From assembly GCA_000998135.1 (NCBI GenBank), contig LCCV01000001.1:8958-72957 (forward strand): a stretch of 64,000 nucleotides of DNA, given 5' to 3'. This document shows positions 1 through 10,555 of this stretch, piece by piece. The notes under the pieces were generated by a model, which saw nothing but the letters and a program-made list of their open reading frames with translations, was not told the DNA's origin and did not search any database. The position numbers and the translations under genes are program-made. The DNA comes from Parcubacteria group bacterium GW2011_GWA2_42_14 (GTDB lineage Bacteria; Patescibacteriota; Minisyncoccia; Sungbacterales; GWA2-42-14). Numbering within the stretch: position 1 is the first letter of the stretch; the number at the start of each line of letters is the position of its first letter.

Positions 1-73
1 AGGGTATAGTAACTATCCACCCGAAACACGAATCACTATACGTTAAAAACTAAATTTTACACAGACAACTGAA

Positions 74-1384
74 TTACTCCTTCTTACCCTTTCTAACGCC
101 CGCCCCCTCTCCGTGGATACGTTCTTCAGGTTTCAAAATCGCGTCTATATCAGATTCACTGAGCGAAATAAAATTTTCTGTTGCTTTTACCAAAAGCTGG
201 CGTTTTTCCTCATTGGTCATATATTGTTCGGGGCCGCCTGATGGTTTGCCGTTTCGAACCCATTGCTTAAAATATTCATTAAGCTTATCGAATTGCACTT
301 TTACAAGTGCCAATTCCTGCACAGGGCGCTTCACAAAACTACTTGTTATTTTTATTCGTTCCCGCCCCTCCGCCATTTTACTTTCTTTGCCCAGTCCCCC
401 GCCAACAGTAAACTGAACACCAAGCTTCTTTATGTCAGATTTTAAATTCTCGTCTTCAACAATGATTCCGCGCGCCCGAAATCTTTTTTGCAGACGAAAA
501 TCATACTTAAGAAACGTATCTTCATATGCATTCGCTCTCTGGACGGCAAAGCCAAGCTCCGGATTATCTATAGAAACGCGGGTTAAAAATTCCCGAGCCA
601 TATTCTCGCCCACAACCCCTTTTAAAGTATCCTGCATTTTAGTTTCGTTGATTCGTTTTTCAACACCCGCCATGCCTCCAAAAATCATATCGGCTGTTTT
701 AGATATGCCAAATCTATAACCAAAACACTCAACCAACTCTTTATTATATATATCTTCTATGTCGCGCCGCGCTTCATTCACGGCAATTCGTTTTGAAAGC
801 AATCTCCGAAATCGCGGAGGCATGCTTGATGAAAGCCGGTATTTAATACCCCACCCGTAATCAGCCGCAATATCGCCCAAACTGATATTTTTTTGTTTTC
901 CGTTGTGCTCCACAAAAAACGAGTTGCGGGCCTCATCAAAAGTTATTTCTCTTCGTCCTTCATCTGTCGTTTCCGTATTCCACGTTTTCTCATCAACACT
1001 TATGTCGGCAATCCATAACTTCTTTCTTAAGGATTCCATCCGACTTCGTTTCATAAGGTCAAATTTCAAAATATCAATCCTCCGGTTTATATAATTTACG
1101 AATATAGAACTATCTTCTGAAGAAATGGGGTTCTTCAAAGCAGCTTTCCTTACGACATCTGCGACGCCCTTCGGCAATAGATCGGTTTGTGATTTTAAGC
1201 GCTCGACCCAATATTTAAACCATCCTTTTGTGCTCACTTTCATTTTTAAATCCTTGAGTTCCCGATTGCTGACCACTGACGCGCTTTTCTCGAAAGCGCT
1301 TTCCGTTCCATTATCATTTCCAACGCCATTTTCCGGCTCAGGGATACTTTCCGGCGTATTAAATTGTTTTTCACCTTCTTGCAT
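74..1384 (-). CDS. hypothetical protein, possible degenerate PD-(D/E)XK-like C-terminal region
   Basis: 436-aa ORF; acidic low-complexity N-terminus; C-terminal EDTFLKYDF...LGVQFT is loosely nuclease-like. Confidence 0.7.
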   Translation of the reverse strand: MQEGEKQFNTPESIPEPENGVGNDNGTESAFEKSASVVSNRELKDLKMKVSTKGWFKYWVERLKSQTDLLPKGVADVVRKAALKNPISSEDSSIFVNYINRRIDILKFDLMKRSRMESLRKKLWIADISVDEKTWNTETTDEGRREITFDEARNSFFVEHNGKQKNISLGDIAADYGWGIKYRLSSSMPPRFRRLLSKRIAVNEARRDIEDIYNKELVECFGYRFGISKTADMIFGGMAGVEKRINETKMQDTLKGVVGENMAREFLTRVSIDNPELGFAVQRANAYEDTFLKYDFRLQKRFRARGIIVEDENLKSDIKKLGVQFTVGGGLGKESKMAEGRERIKITSSFVKRPVQELALVKVQFDKLNEYFKQWVRNGKPSGGPEQYMTNEEKRQLLVKATENFISLSESDIDAILKPEERIHGEGAGVRKGKKE

Positions 1385-1502
1385 ATTTCCACCATACCAA
1401 ATTCAGATTAAAAATAACAATAAAAAAGACCCTTAACGGGTCCTTAACTTTTTTCTCTTTGCTTTTGGCCGAAAATATCCGCTCCAAGAACCTTTTTTAT
1501 CG

Positions 1503-1685
1503 TTACGCGCCAATTCCCAAAGAATCTTCTTTTTGATAAAGTTCGTCACCTTCCGATTCCCGCGCCATTTTTTCCAAAACAGCTCCGACAATAAACCATG
1601 CCAGCACTGCGCCGCCGATAAATAACCAGCATTTCACTTTCATTGTTGTTCCTCCTTTGTCCTCCGTAGCTTTCTTGCCCGCCAT
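1503..1685 (-). CDS. small membrane protein
   Basis: one hydrophobic segment (WLFIGGAVLAWFIVGAVL); hairpin at 1428-1442 downstream. Confidence 0.5.
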   Translation of the reverse strand: MAGKKATEDKGGTTMKVKCWLFIGGAVLAWFIVGAVLEKMARESEGDELYQKEDSLGIGA

Positions 1686-1711
1686 AGCTTCAGTCCTACT
1701 CCGTAGCAGTG

Positions 1712-2080
1712 CTACTGCGAAGGACGTAGCGAAGACGGTGGCGTAGGAGGATTGGCCGTTCTGTTATACGCGTAGTTAGGCCCACGGACTATTCCATCCG
1801 GTGATTTTGGCGGCGTTTCCATCACCTTAAAAAACTCAACGCCTTTTAACTCCGGAAATTTTCCGATTATTCTCAACCTGATGCCAGATTCTATTTCCCT
1901 TTTTTGGCGTCCGGAAACGGAATTCTGCCACAAAACCTCAAGGCAAAGAGTTACCGCGCCATCAATGTCTATAAACAAACCGACTCGTTTAATGTCAAGC
2001 CGCGGTTCAAAAATATATTCCCGCACGGACAAATCAAATTTTTCCAACAACCGCTTGTCGTCATCGGTTATTCCGGCCAA
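1712..2080 (-). CDS. hypothetical protein
   Basis: 122-aa ORF with protein-like composition, co-oriented with neighbours. Confidence 0.55.
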   Translation of the reverse strand: MAGITDDDKRLLEKFDLSVREYIFEPRLDIKRVGLFIDIDGAVTLCLEVLWQNSVSGRQKREIESGIRLRIIGKFPELKGVEFFKVMETPPKSPDGIVRGPNYAYNRTANPPTPPSSLRPSQ

Positions 2081-2163
2081 CGGCTTTTTACCCCGTAAAA
2101 ATTTTCAAATAGCCGCGCGCTAACAGTATCAAAACTCATTGCCCGTGTCAAGATTTTGATAAA

Positions 2164-2274
2164 CCCCGTTAGAGGTTCGAAATTGGACAATGGTTTAAAA
2201 TAATACGCAAAGCGAAAGCGGCTTACGCCTTATATTATTAGATGCAAAAAGGATTATATTAAACCTCTAACGGG
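2164..2274. mobile_element. MITE-like element (CCCGTTAGAGG...CCTCTAACGGG ends)
   Basis: terminal inverted repeats; flanking 5-bp direct repeat ATAAA (2159-2163, 2275-2279); related copy at 39424-39536. Confidence 0.7.
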
Positions 2275-2280
2275 ATAAAA

Positions 2281-5217
2281 CTACAAAACAAAATTTATCA
2301 GACGGCCAGGAATATAAATAACTTTTTTAACCGGCTTATTTTCCAAATATTTTTTTACTTTTTCACGGCTTAAAACAATTTCGGCAGCGTCTTTTTCCGA
2401 AATTTCAACCGTAACCTCAATAGAATCGCGTACTTTCCCGTTAATCTGCACCACCAGTTCAAAAATATTTTCTTGAATTAGTTTTTGGTCATATTCCGGC
2501 CATTTCTCAAAATGAATAGAATTTAATTGTTTTATATTTTGAATTTTGGAATTTTGAATTTGTTTGGGATTTGGGATTTGGGATTCGGGACTTCCAAAGA
2601 ACTGTTGATATAACTCTTCGGATAGGTGCGGCGCAAACGGCGCTAAAAGTTTTAAAAATATTTTAAGGTACTCAATGGAAACTTTTTCGGAATTTTTCTC
2701 AAACTCATTCAGCAAAATCATCAGCGAAGATATCGCCGTATTATACCGCAAACTTTCAATATCTTCTCCTACTTTTTTTATGGTTTTGTGCAACAGTCGT
2801 TCCAAATCATTTCTAATTTTGGGTTTGGGATTTGGAATTTGTTTGTAATTTGTGATTTGTGATTTATAATTTACAAAACTATATACTCTATTCAAAAACC
2901 TGTATATCCCATTTATCCCTCCGGAATTCCACGGCCCCCCTTGGTCATACGGCCCCATAAACGCCAAATACATTCTTACTGTGTCAGCGCCGTATTTTAC
3001 CACCTCCTTATCCGGGTCAATGACATTGCCGCGCGATTTAGACATTTTCTGAAAATCAGGACCCAGAATTATGCCATGATTCTTTCTGCCGGTAAATGGT
3101 TCCGAAAAATCAACAAAATTCAAATCATATAAAACCTTGATGAAAAAACGGGAATAAAGAAGGTGCATAGTATTATGTTCGGCTCCTCCTATATAAAGAG
3201 GTACGGGCAGCCATAATTTCATTTTTTCTTCGGATGCGAATTTTTGAAAATTTTTCGGATCAACATAACGGATAAAATACCAGGAAGAATCAACAAAAGT
3301 ATCCATAGTATCGGTTTCCCGTTCTGCCGGCCCATTACATTTAGGACACTTCGCACCTGCCCATTTTTCTGCCCTGGCTAAAGGAGAACGCCCGTCGTCA
3401 GTTGGCATAAAATTTTTAAGCAGGGGAAGTTTTACCGGCAAATTTTCTTCGCTGACCGGCTGCCAGCCGCACTTTCTGCAATTAACCATTGGTATGGGAG
3501 TGCCCCAATAACGTTGGCGGGAAATTACCCAATCATGAAGCCGATAATTTACTTTTCTCTCTCCCCTAACAAATTTCGCAATCTCCCACTTCGCATTCTC
3601 TGAATCCATGCCGCTAAATTCTCCGGATTCAATAAGAATTCCGCCATCAATATACGCCCGCTCTTTTCCTTCTAAGCGCACAAGCAATTCGGGAATCTCC
3701 GCGCCTCTTACAAAATCTTTTACTTTTTCTCTCTCTATCCAAACGGCATCGTGTGTTTCTGTTTCCTTTGTAGAAACCGGGAGTTTCTTATCACTCTTCA
3801 GCTCAAAACAGAGTCCGTATACCTCGGATAACCTGTTCTCGCTTTTATGCGCTGCAAAATACTTTGCATAAACGGGCGGACCCAGTTGTTTTACAAAACG
3901 AATATCCATATAGCCGGTTTCTTCTCGTATTTCCCGCATGCCTGCCCCAGCCATATCTTCCCCTTCTTCAACTCCACCAATAATAAAGGTTTGCCAATCA
4001 TATTTTTTCCACTTAAGACATAAATATTTATTTTCGTTCCAGTGTTTTACGATACACTGTACCGTTTTTCTTTTTATCGTAGACGCGCCATCGCGCGGAG
4101 GATTAGTATAATCAACAAATATAGGCGCTACAACATGACAAATAGGAAGATTATATTTCTTCGCAAATTCAAAATCCCGTGAGTCATGGGCCGGAACGGC
4201 CATAATCGCGCCGGTTCCGACATGACCCAGCACGTAATCGGCGACCCAAACCGAAATTTCTTCTTTATTGGCCGGATTTATCGCCTTTACACCTTTTAAT
4301 TCCACGCCGGTTTTTTCTTTCCCTTCGGCTATACGCTCTTCATAATTTTTAACTTTCGCTTTTTTGATATATTCAACAACTTTTCCATAATTCATAATTC
4401 CTAATTCATTATTCTTAAGGAGTGGGTGTTCCGGACCCAAAACCATGTAAGTCGCGCCGAAAAGAGTATCCGAGCGAGTCGTGAATACTTGTATCTTGTA
4501 TCCTGTATCTTGTATCTTAAAATCTATTAATACTCCTTCCGACCTGCCGATCCAGTTTTTTTGTGCAAGTTTTGTGGTTTCCGGCCAATTCAACCCTTGC
4601 ATATCGTTAATTAACCGCTCCGCGTAATCGGTTATCCGAAACATCCATTGTTCAAGTTCTTTTTTAATAACAGAGCTGTCGCACCGCTCGCAACAACCAT
4701 CAACTACCTGTTCATTGGCAAGCACGGTTTTATCCTTAGGGCACCAATTCACCATGGTTTTGGCGCGATACGCCAATCCTTTTTCGAACATCTTCAAAAA
4801 CATCCATTGCGTCCATTTATAATATTCGGGCTCAATGGTTGATACGGTTCTAGACCAATCAAAACTCGCCCCCATGCTTTTTAACTGCTTGGTCATATAC
4901 ATTATATTCTTCTTTGTCCAATCACGGGGATTAATTTTATTTTTAATAGCGGCATTTTCCGCGGGCAGGCCAAAAGCGTCAAAACCAATGGGGTATAAAA
5001 CATTGCGCCCGTTCATTCTTAAAAAACGAACGGAAATATCCGGTACGGCAAACGCGTACCAGTGGCCTATATGCAAATTGCCGGATGGATAAGGAAATTC
5101 CACCAATACCATGTAATTATTTTTCCCGGCAATCTTATCTTTCGTTTCATAAAGCTTCTGTCCCTGCCAGATTTTCTGCCACTTCTTCTCAATTTTTGAA
5201 GAATTATACTTCACCAT
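2281..5217 (-). CDS. leuS: leucine--tRNA ligase with inserted Nudix domain
   Basis: FPYPSGNLHIGH, KMSKS, GTGAIMAVPAHD editing motif, RLHDWVISRQRYWG; start reassigned to MVKYNSSKIEKKWQ (5229 also possible). Confidence 0.95.
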   Translation of the reverse strand: MVKYNSSKIEKKWQKIWQGQKLYETKDKIAGKNNYMVLVEFPYPSGNLHIGHWYAFAVPDISVRFLRMNGRNVLYPIGFDAFGLPAENAAIKNKINPRDWTKKNIMYMTKQLKSMGASFDWSRTVSTIEPEYYKWTQWMFLKMFEKGLAYRAKTMVNWCPKDKTVLANEQVVDGCCERCDSSVIKKELEQWMFRITDYAERLINDMQGLNWPETTKLAQKNWIGRSEGVLIDFKIQDTGYKIQVFTTRSDTLFGATYMVLGPEHPLLKNNELGIMNYGKVVEYIKKAKVKNYEERIAEGKEKTGVELKGVKAINPANKEEISVWVADYVLGHVGTGAIMAVPAHDSRDFEFAKKYNLPICHVVAPIFVDYTNPPRDGASTIKRKTVQCIVKHWNENKYLCLKWKKYDWQTFIIGGVEEGEDMAGAGMREIREETGYMDIRFVKQLGPPVYAKYFAAHKSENRLSEVYGLCFELKSDKKLPVSTKETETHDAVWIEREKVKDFVRGAEIPELLVRLEGKERAYIDGGILIESGEFSGMDSENAKWEIAKFVRGERKVNYRLHDWVISRQRYWGTPIPMVNCRKCGWQPVSEENLPVKLPLLKNFMPTDDGRSPLARAEKWAGAKCPKCNGPAERETDTMDTFVDSSWYFIRYVDPKNFQKFASEEKMKLWLPVPLYIGGAEHNTMHLLYSRFFIKVLYDLNFVDFSEPFTGRKNHGIILGPDFQKMSKSRGNVIDPDKEVVKYGADTVRMYLAFMGPYDQGGPWNSGGINGIYRFLNRVYSFVNYKSQITNYKQIPNPKPKIRNDLERLLHKTIKKVGEDIESLRYNTAISSLMILLNEFEKNSEKVSIEYLKIFLKLLAPFAPHLSEELYQQFFGSPESQIPNPKQIQNSKIQNIKQLNSIHFEKWPEYDQKLIQENIFELVVQINGKVRDSIEVTVEISEKDAAEIVLSREKVKKYLENKPVKKVIYIPGRLINFVL

Positions 5218-5312
5218 ACTATTTACCATAATCAATAAATCGGACATTGACAAGATACAGCTTTTGTGGAACATATCTATCAGGACTTTAAAAAAATGGG
5301 GGCCGTGATTTC

Positions 5313-5828
5313 GTGAAAAAACCAAACATTGAGGAACTAAAAACGCTTCTTTTTGAAATTGGAAAAATTACCCAGCAGCAGCGCATCACCCTTGAATACG
5401 GCCTCAAAGACGAAATGAAAAAACTGAATACGGAATTTAATGAAAAAATAACCGAATGGTCTCAAAAATATAACATCGGAATCTGTGTTGCCGAAACCAT
5501 GCGCTATGTTGAACCCGAAGGAAATCATTTTTATTTCACGCCTCCTCATACGCATTGGCGCCCGCGGGAATCGGGCTCTCCCTACTACCGCGAAAAATAT
5601 AACGCCGAACTGGTTGTTTGTTGTAAAATAGATTTTTCCCGAGGGCACGCCGAAATACTTCCGGACGGAATTAAAGCAATCGTCACGGCAATTCCGGAAG
5701 AATATCAGGAAGAAGACCGCGGAACAGAAGACGAAACGCCGCCGAACCCCTTTAATACTCTTTCCGATAAAGATTTTTTAAAATCCATCGGAATTAAGGA
5801 TAACGAAGAAAAAAAAGACGATAAATAA
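5313..5828 (+). CDS. hypothetical protein
   Basis: 171-aa ORF divergent from leuS, followed by hairpin CCCGCG-TTT-CGCGGG (~5838-5852). Confidence 0.65.
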   Translation: MKKPNIEELKTLLFEIGKITQQQRITLEYGLKDEMKKLNTEFNEKITEWSQKYNIGICVAETMRYVEPEGNHFYFTPPHTHWRPRESGSPYYREKYNAELVVCCKIDFSRGHAEILPDGIKAIVTAIPEEYQEEDRGTEDETPPNPFNTLSDKDFLKSIGIKDNEEKKDDK

Positions 5829-5871
5829 AGAAAAAACCCCGCGTTTCGCGGGGCTTATTTATTTAAAAAAA

Positions 5872-6819
5872 TTAAGCCGTAATTCTAAAAATCTTTACCG
5901 CGTTTTGTTTAACAATTTCCGAAATTTTATCAAATTCCATTCCCTTAATTTCTCCTATTCTTTTTGCTGTTTCAATTATAAATTCGGGCTCATTTCGCTT
6001 GCCGCGATAAGGGGCCGGCGCGACATATGGAGCGTCTGTTTCCAACAAAATTCTATCGGAGGGTATATATTTAACGACTTCATCATAATCACTGGTAAAA
6101 GTGACGACCCCGCCGAAAGAAAAAGAAAACCCTAAATCCATAAGTTTTTTAGCATCATGTTTGGTGCCGGAAAAAAAATGAATTATACCAGGAGGAGAAT
6201 TCAAAATATCTTTCCTGGAATCCAGCATTTTTAAAAGATATTCAAGGGCGCTGCTTCCCGCCGCGCCGGAAAGCGAAGTTCTTCCGGAGCGACAATGAAT
6301 CATTAAGGGTTTTTTTACCACATAGGCCAACTCAATATGGCGCAAAAAAACTTTTTTCTGTTTCCCTTTTGTTTGCGGATTCAAGCGATAAAAATCAAAA
6401 CCACATTCTCCAATAGCCACGACTTTCGGATCCTGCGCCAATTGCAAATAATATCCGTAATCAAAATCCTCCCCTTTACTGGTAAATCCTGCCAGACCGC
6501 TATTCTCTAATTCGCGCGAATTAGAGATAGATTGATTAGGAATATCTGAAATAACAGACGAAGCGGGCGACGCACCTAGTTCTTGTGAGTCATGGTAAGA
6601 TTTTTCAGTATGAATCGGGTGCAATCCAACAGTTGCCCATACCCCCTTAGGGTACTTATTGGCAATTTCAACTGCTTTAGCGGAAGTATCACGCTGTGTG
6701 CCGACATTTATAAGCCACACCCCGGCATCTAAGGCCCGCTGAATTACTGCCTCCCTATCTTTATCAAAAGCGGCAAATTGCGCATGCGTATGAACATCAA
6801 AAAGTTTTGGGCTTGACAT
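5872..6819 (-). CDS. tatD: TatD family deoxyribonuclease
   Basis: DVHTH, VGLHP, AIGECGFD, IHCR, HFFSG, LLETDAPY, RGKRNEP. Confidence 0.93.
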   Translation of the reverse strand: MSSPKLFDVHTHAQFAAFDKDREAVIQRALDAGVWLINVGTQRDTSAKAVEIANKYPKGVWATVGLHPIHTEKSYHDSQELGASPASSVISDIPNQSISNSRELENSGLAGFTSKGEDFDYGYYLQLAQDPKVVAIGECGFDFYRLNPQTKGKQKKVFLRHIELAYVVKKPLMIHCRSGRTSLSGAAGSSALEYLLKMLDSRKDILNSPPGIIHFFSGTKHDAKKLMDLGFSFSFGGVVTFTSDYDEVVKYIPSDRILLETDAPYVAPAPYRGKRNEPEFIIETAKRIGEIKGMEFDKISEIVKQNAVKIFRITA

Positions 6820-6959
6820 AAATACTTCCGCCAAGTAACCTTGTCTTAGGCCTTTGGAGTCAACATCAAGGGGTTAGCGAATGAAACCTATCTTTAGAGA
6901 ACTAATAAAGTGGAAACTAAAGTAATTATCAATATCGCGGGACCACATTCCCGCTTTTT

Positions 6960-8456
6960 TTATTTTAGCCGCGGGAATAAATTCCCTCCTTTTTTTATTT
7001 TCAAAATCGAATCATCAACCAATATTTGTTTCTTAATTTTTTCAACTGTTTCCGGCAAAAATGGCGCAAGTAAATTGACTATGGCGCCGATTATATAACT
7101 TACGTTTATTATTATACCACGAAGCTCCTTTTTGTCGCTAATGCCCCACGGCTTTTTATCGTTTATATATTTATCGGCAAAAGAAACAAGCTCCCAAATT
7201 GAAGCTAAGGCCTCATTCAAACGGATTTCTTCAAAGCATGCTTCATATTTTTTGAATGTTTTTTCGGCAATTTCTTTCACACCACTCTCAACGTCCTTCT
7301 GGAAATCAAAATTTATCGGGCTTATTTTTTCTCCAAGAGTCGCAACCCGCGCCACCAAATTTCCAAGGCCATTTGCCAAGTCGCCGTTATAACGGTCTTC
7401 AAATTTTTTGTACGAAAAATCGCCGTCCTCTCCCGAAGGAATTTCACGAAGCAAAAAGTAGCGCACCGAATCCGTTTCGTATTTTTTTACCAATTCTATC
7501 GGATCAATGACGTTGCCAATGGTTTTAGACATTTTTTGGCCTTCAACTGTAACAAAGCCGTGAACAAAAATTGCTTTAGACAAAGAAAGCCCAGCCGACA
7601 AAAGCATTCCCGGCCAAATTGCGGCGTGAAACCGCAAAATATCCTTGCCGATTACGTGCAAATCTGCTGGCCAAAGTTGCTCAAATCCATAATTCCTAAT
7701 TCCTAATTCATAATTCTTCTCTTGGCCGTAGCCGATTGCCGTAATATAATTCGCCAAGGCGTCGCACCAAACATACATAGTATGCTCGGGGTCATTCGGC
7801 ACCGGAATTCCCCACGATAAATCTTTCCGGGGACGCGAAAAACTCACATCCTCCAGTCCGGATTCAATAAGCGATAAAATTTCGTTTTTTCGGGATTCAG
7901 GAATTATTCTTAATTCATTATTCCTGATTCTTAATTCAACTTCTTTGGAATACTTTGAAAGTCGGAAAAAATAATTTTCCTCCTCAATAACTTCCGGCTC
8001 TTTTTGGTGGTCGCGGCATTTGCCTTGAACCAAATCTTTTTCCGTAACAAACGCCTCATGCCCAACGCAATAAAGCCCGCGATACTTTTTCTTATACAAA
8101 TCGCCTGCTTCAAAAAGTTTTAGCCATAATTTTTGCGCTCCTGGCCAATGGCGTTTTTGGTCAGAAGTTCTTATGAAGTCATTCCACGACAAATTAAGAA
8201 CATTTTTAATTTTAAGTTCCCTAAATTTTTCTGAATTCTCATCCACAAAATCTTTCGGGTTTTTTCCCGCCGCTTCCGCGGCTCTTGCGATTTTCGCGCC
8301 GTGTTCATCGGTTCCAGTCAAAAACCAAACATCATCGCCTTTTATACGATGGAAACGGGCCAAAACATCCGCCTGAATTTTTTCCAAAGCATGCCCGATA
8401 TGCGGTTTGGCATTTACATAATCAATTGCTGTTGTAATATAATACTTGCTTGACAT
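6960..8456 (-). CDS. metG: methionine--tRNA ligase (short form)
   Basis: YITTAIDYVNAKPHIGH, GTDEHG, YVWCDALANY, GKDILRFH, KMSKT. Confidence 0.95.
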   Translation of the reverse strand: MSSKYYITTAIDYVNAKPHIGHALEKIQADVLARFHRIKGDDVWFLTGTDEHGAKIARAAEAAGKNPKDFVDENSEKFRELKIKNVLNLSWNDFIRTSDQKRHWPGAQKLWLKLFEAGDLYKKKYRGLYCVGHEAFVTEKDLVQGKCRDHQKEPEVIEEENYFFRLSKYSKEVELRIRNNELRIIPESRKNEILSLIESGLEDVSFSRPRKDLSWGIPVPNDPEHTMYVWCDALANYITAIGYGQEKNYELGIRNYGFEQLWPADLHVIGKDILRFHAAIWPGMLLSAGLSLSKAIFVHGFVTVEGQKMSKTIGNVIDPIELVKKYETDSVRYFLLREIPSGEDGDFSYKKFEDRYNGDLANGLGNLVARVATLGEKISPINFDFQKDVESGVKEIAEKTFKKYEACFEEIRLNEALASIWELVSFADKYINDKKPWGISDKKELRGIIINVSYIIGAIVNLLAPFLPETVEKIKKQILVDDSILKIKKGGNLFPRLK

Positions 8457-8519
8457 AATAATAGCCCTATGATACATATAACCTGCGTTCTTTTCAAGAT
8501 AATAAAAAGGGTAAACAGG

Positions 8520-9011
8520 ATGCTAAAATTCATCTGGGGGCTCTCCATTTTCACAATTCTCTCACTCTTAACTCTCGCGCTTAATAATCAGGAAAGTATC
8601 AATAAATGGCTTCATGCGCCAAAGCCAGAAGTTCAGAAAATAAAACAGAGCTCGCCCGCTACCGACAAAACCGGACAAAATTCTATCGTTGATAAAATTA
8701 TCAAACAATCCCGGGAATTAAAGGCAAAAAATTTAGAAACGGAAAAACGTATTGGTGATTTTCGAAAGAACGTAGATATTAAATGCACTTTCATGGTAAA
8801 AGCCGAGGATTGCGAAAAGTTTATAGCGATGCTGACCAGTGACGAAGAGGTTATTGATATCTTCAAAAAACTATCAAAAAGCGGGGTTGCTTTATGGATA
8901 TATTACTCATTCGGAACTAGAAATGAAATTTATCTTGACCAGAACGGCAACCTTATAATGACGCAAAAGGCGGATATTTCTAAAATAAGAAAATTTTTAG
9001 GGGTAAAATAG
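8520..9011 (+). CDS. secreted/membrane-anchored hypothetical protein, paralog of 9806-10294
   Basis: N-terminal hydrophobic helix; shares VQKI-KQ-PATDKT, a Cys pair and terminal KFLGVK with the paralog. Confidence 0.7.
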   Translation: MLKFIWGLSIFTILSLLTLALNNQESINKWLHAPKPEVQKIKQSSPATDKTGQNSIVDKIIKQSRELKAKNLETEKRIGDFRKNVDIKCTFMVKAEDCEKFIAMLTSDEEVIDIFKKLSKSGVALWIYYSFGTRNEIYLDQNGNLIMTQKADISKIRKFLGVK

Positions 9012-9051
9012 GCGCCATTCCGGCGCTCTTTTTTTATTTTCAATATTTACC
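8990..9051 (+). repeat. 62-bp direct repeat copy 1 (gene end plus terminator)
   Basis: identical to 10273-10334; includes GGCGCC-ATTCC-GGCGCT and a T-tract. Confidence 0.85.
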
Positions 9052-9088
9052 GCGCATATCAAAATCCGCCAACAGACGGATTTTGAAA

Positions 9089-9346
9089 TTATCTATAAAT
9101 ATCATGAGTACCAATGTTGATAAAATCTGCGCAATTTGAATTGACAAAAGAAAATATAATTCTATATTGGCTAACTACGCTAAATGACCAGTAATCTTTA
9201 TATTTGCCATGAAGTTTATGAGTTTCGAGGCGGGAGTCAAAAGGATTTGCTATAAAAATTTTTCCTTTTTCTTCGGCGTGTTCTTTTACAAATTTCGGCA
9301 TTTTCTTATAAGATTTCGTGAATTTTGAAGTAACGCGAATTTTCAT
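9089..9346 (-). CDS. RelE/YafQ-family type II toxin
   Basis: F-KSYKK, NPF--L-THKLHG, WSFSV, YRIIF, IGTHDIY. Confidence 0.85.
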   Translation of the reverse strand: MKIRVTSKFTKSYKKMPKFVKEHAEEKGKIFIANPFDSRLETHKLHGKYKDYWSFSVVSQYRIIFSFVNSNCADFINIGTHDIYR

Positions 9347-9356
9347 AAAATCAATA

Positions 9357-9569
9357 TCAGCGCAACTCGGCTAAAGAATTAATCGTCTTTAGTTTTCCCT
9401 GACGCTTTTCCTTTTTATATATTTTAATCGCCTTATCAGTATCTACTTCTTCCACAAACCACTTTTTAACCATTTTTTGTAAATTCATAAATTCCTCGTA
9501 TTTCTTGCGAGGAATAATAATCAATTCTTTTTCTTTTATTAATTCTTTGGGAATAGTAAGAGTATTCAT
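9357..9569 (-). CDS. putative antitoxin
   Basis: directly upstream of toxin; LIIIPRKKYEE...GKLKTINSLAEL; start MNTLT 6 nt after TATGAT. Confidence 0.7.
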   Translation of the reverse strand: MNTLTIPKELIKEKELIIIPRKKYEEFMNLQKMVKKWFVEEVDTDKAIKIYKKEKRQGKLKTINSLAELR

Positions 9570-9805
9570 ATTTTCATCATACGGCATCAAAAACAAAAAA
9601 ACAAGGTGGAGTATTGACCCCGTTAAAAATCTAAATAAAACTTAATTTTATTACGTAAGACGCGAGGCGAAGCCGCTTCGCTTCACACCACCATGTCATT
9701 GCTGTCATGTCGTAAGGATTGCAATAGTAATAGCTATATGATACATATAATTTACGTTCTTTTCAAATATATATCCTAAGCCCCGAGAAAGAGAAAGCGA
9801 TAAAA

Positions 9806-10294
9806 ATGAACAGAATCAGCGCGATTTTAGCATCCCTTGCCGTAATTCTCGTATTTTCCATGTTTATTTTTCCAAACTTTTTTTTCGGCGATAAAGTCCA
9901 AAAAATTCAAGAAATCAAACAGGGCGCGCCTGCTACCGATAAAACCGAAACGAGCTCCCGGCCGGCCAACCAGGCCCGCCTCAACGAAATTATTCAAATG
10001 GCGGAATCAGCCAAACAAAAAGAAAAAGATTTAAACGCGAAGGTTGACGAATTGGCTAAAGCAGTCAAATGCGCCAATACCCTTGAATCGATTTTTTGCG
10101 ACAATACATTAAGAACCCTAGCTCGTGATAAAAAAGTCGCGGAAAGTCTTATCACGCTTTCTAAATCAATACCCATTGTCATCACCGTACACCTATACCC
10201 TTTTGGCAGCATCTATGTCAGTAGTGACGGTTGGCTCATTATAACGGAGGAACCGGATATTGAAGGAGTCAAAAAATTTTTAGGGGTAAAATAG
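9806..10294 (+). CDS. secreted/membrane-anchored hypothetical protein, paralog of 8520-9011
   Basis: signal-like N-terminus, motifs and 3' end shared with paralog. Confidence 0.7.
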   Translation: MNRISAILASLAVILVFSMFIFPNFFFGDKVQKIQEIKQGAPATDKTETSSRPANQARLNEIIQMAESAKQKEKDLNAKVDELAKAVKCANTLESIFCDNTLRTLARDKKVAESLITLSKSIPIVITVHLYPFGSIYVSSDGWLIITEEPDIEGVKKFLGVK

Positions 10295-10334
10295 GCGCCA
10301 TTCCGGCGCTCTTTTTTTATTTTCAATATTTACC
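10273..10334 (+). repeat. 62-bp direct repeat copy 2
   Basis: identical to 8990-9051. Confidence 0.85.
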
Positions 10335-10555
10335 TGCGAGCGCGAACCAAAGGGCAAGGCGCGAGCAGTTGTAAATATTGAAACGAGCACTCAATTTAAA
10401 ATCGTGTATTTCTTGTATCAAAACATTTGCTTTCGCGCGTTTTATTGATAAACTTAATTATTATGTATACTAAGCTCAAATTGAATGCTCGGTGCTCAAT
10501 TTTCTAGCATCTCGGCTTCGCAAGCAAGATTGTTTGCCTCGCTAAGAAAATTAGC

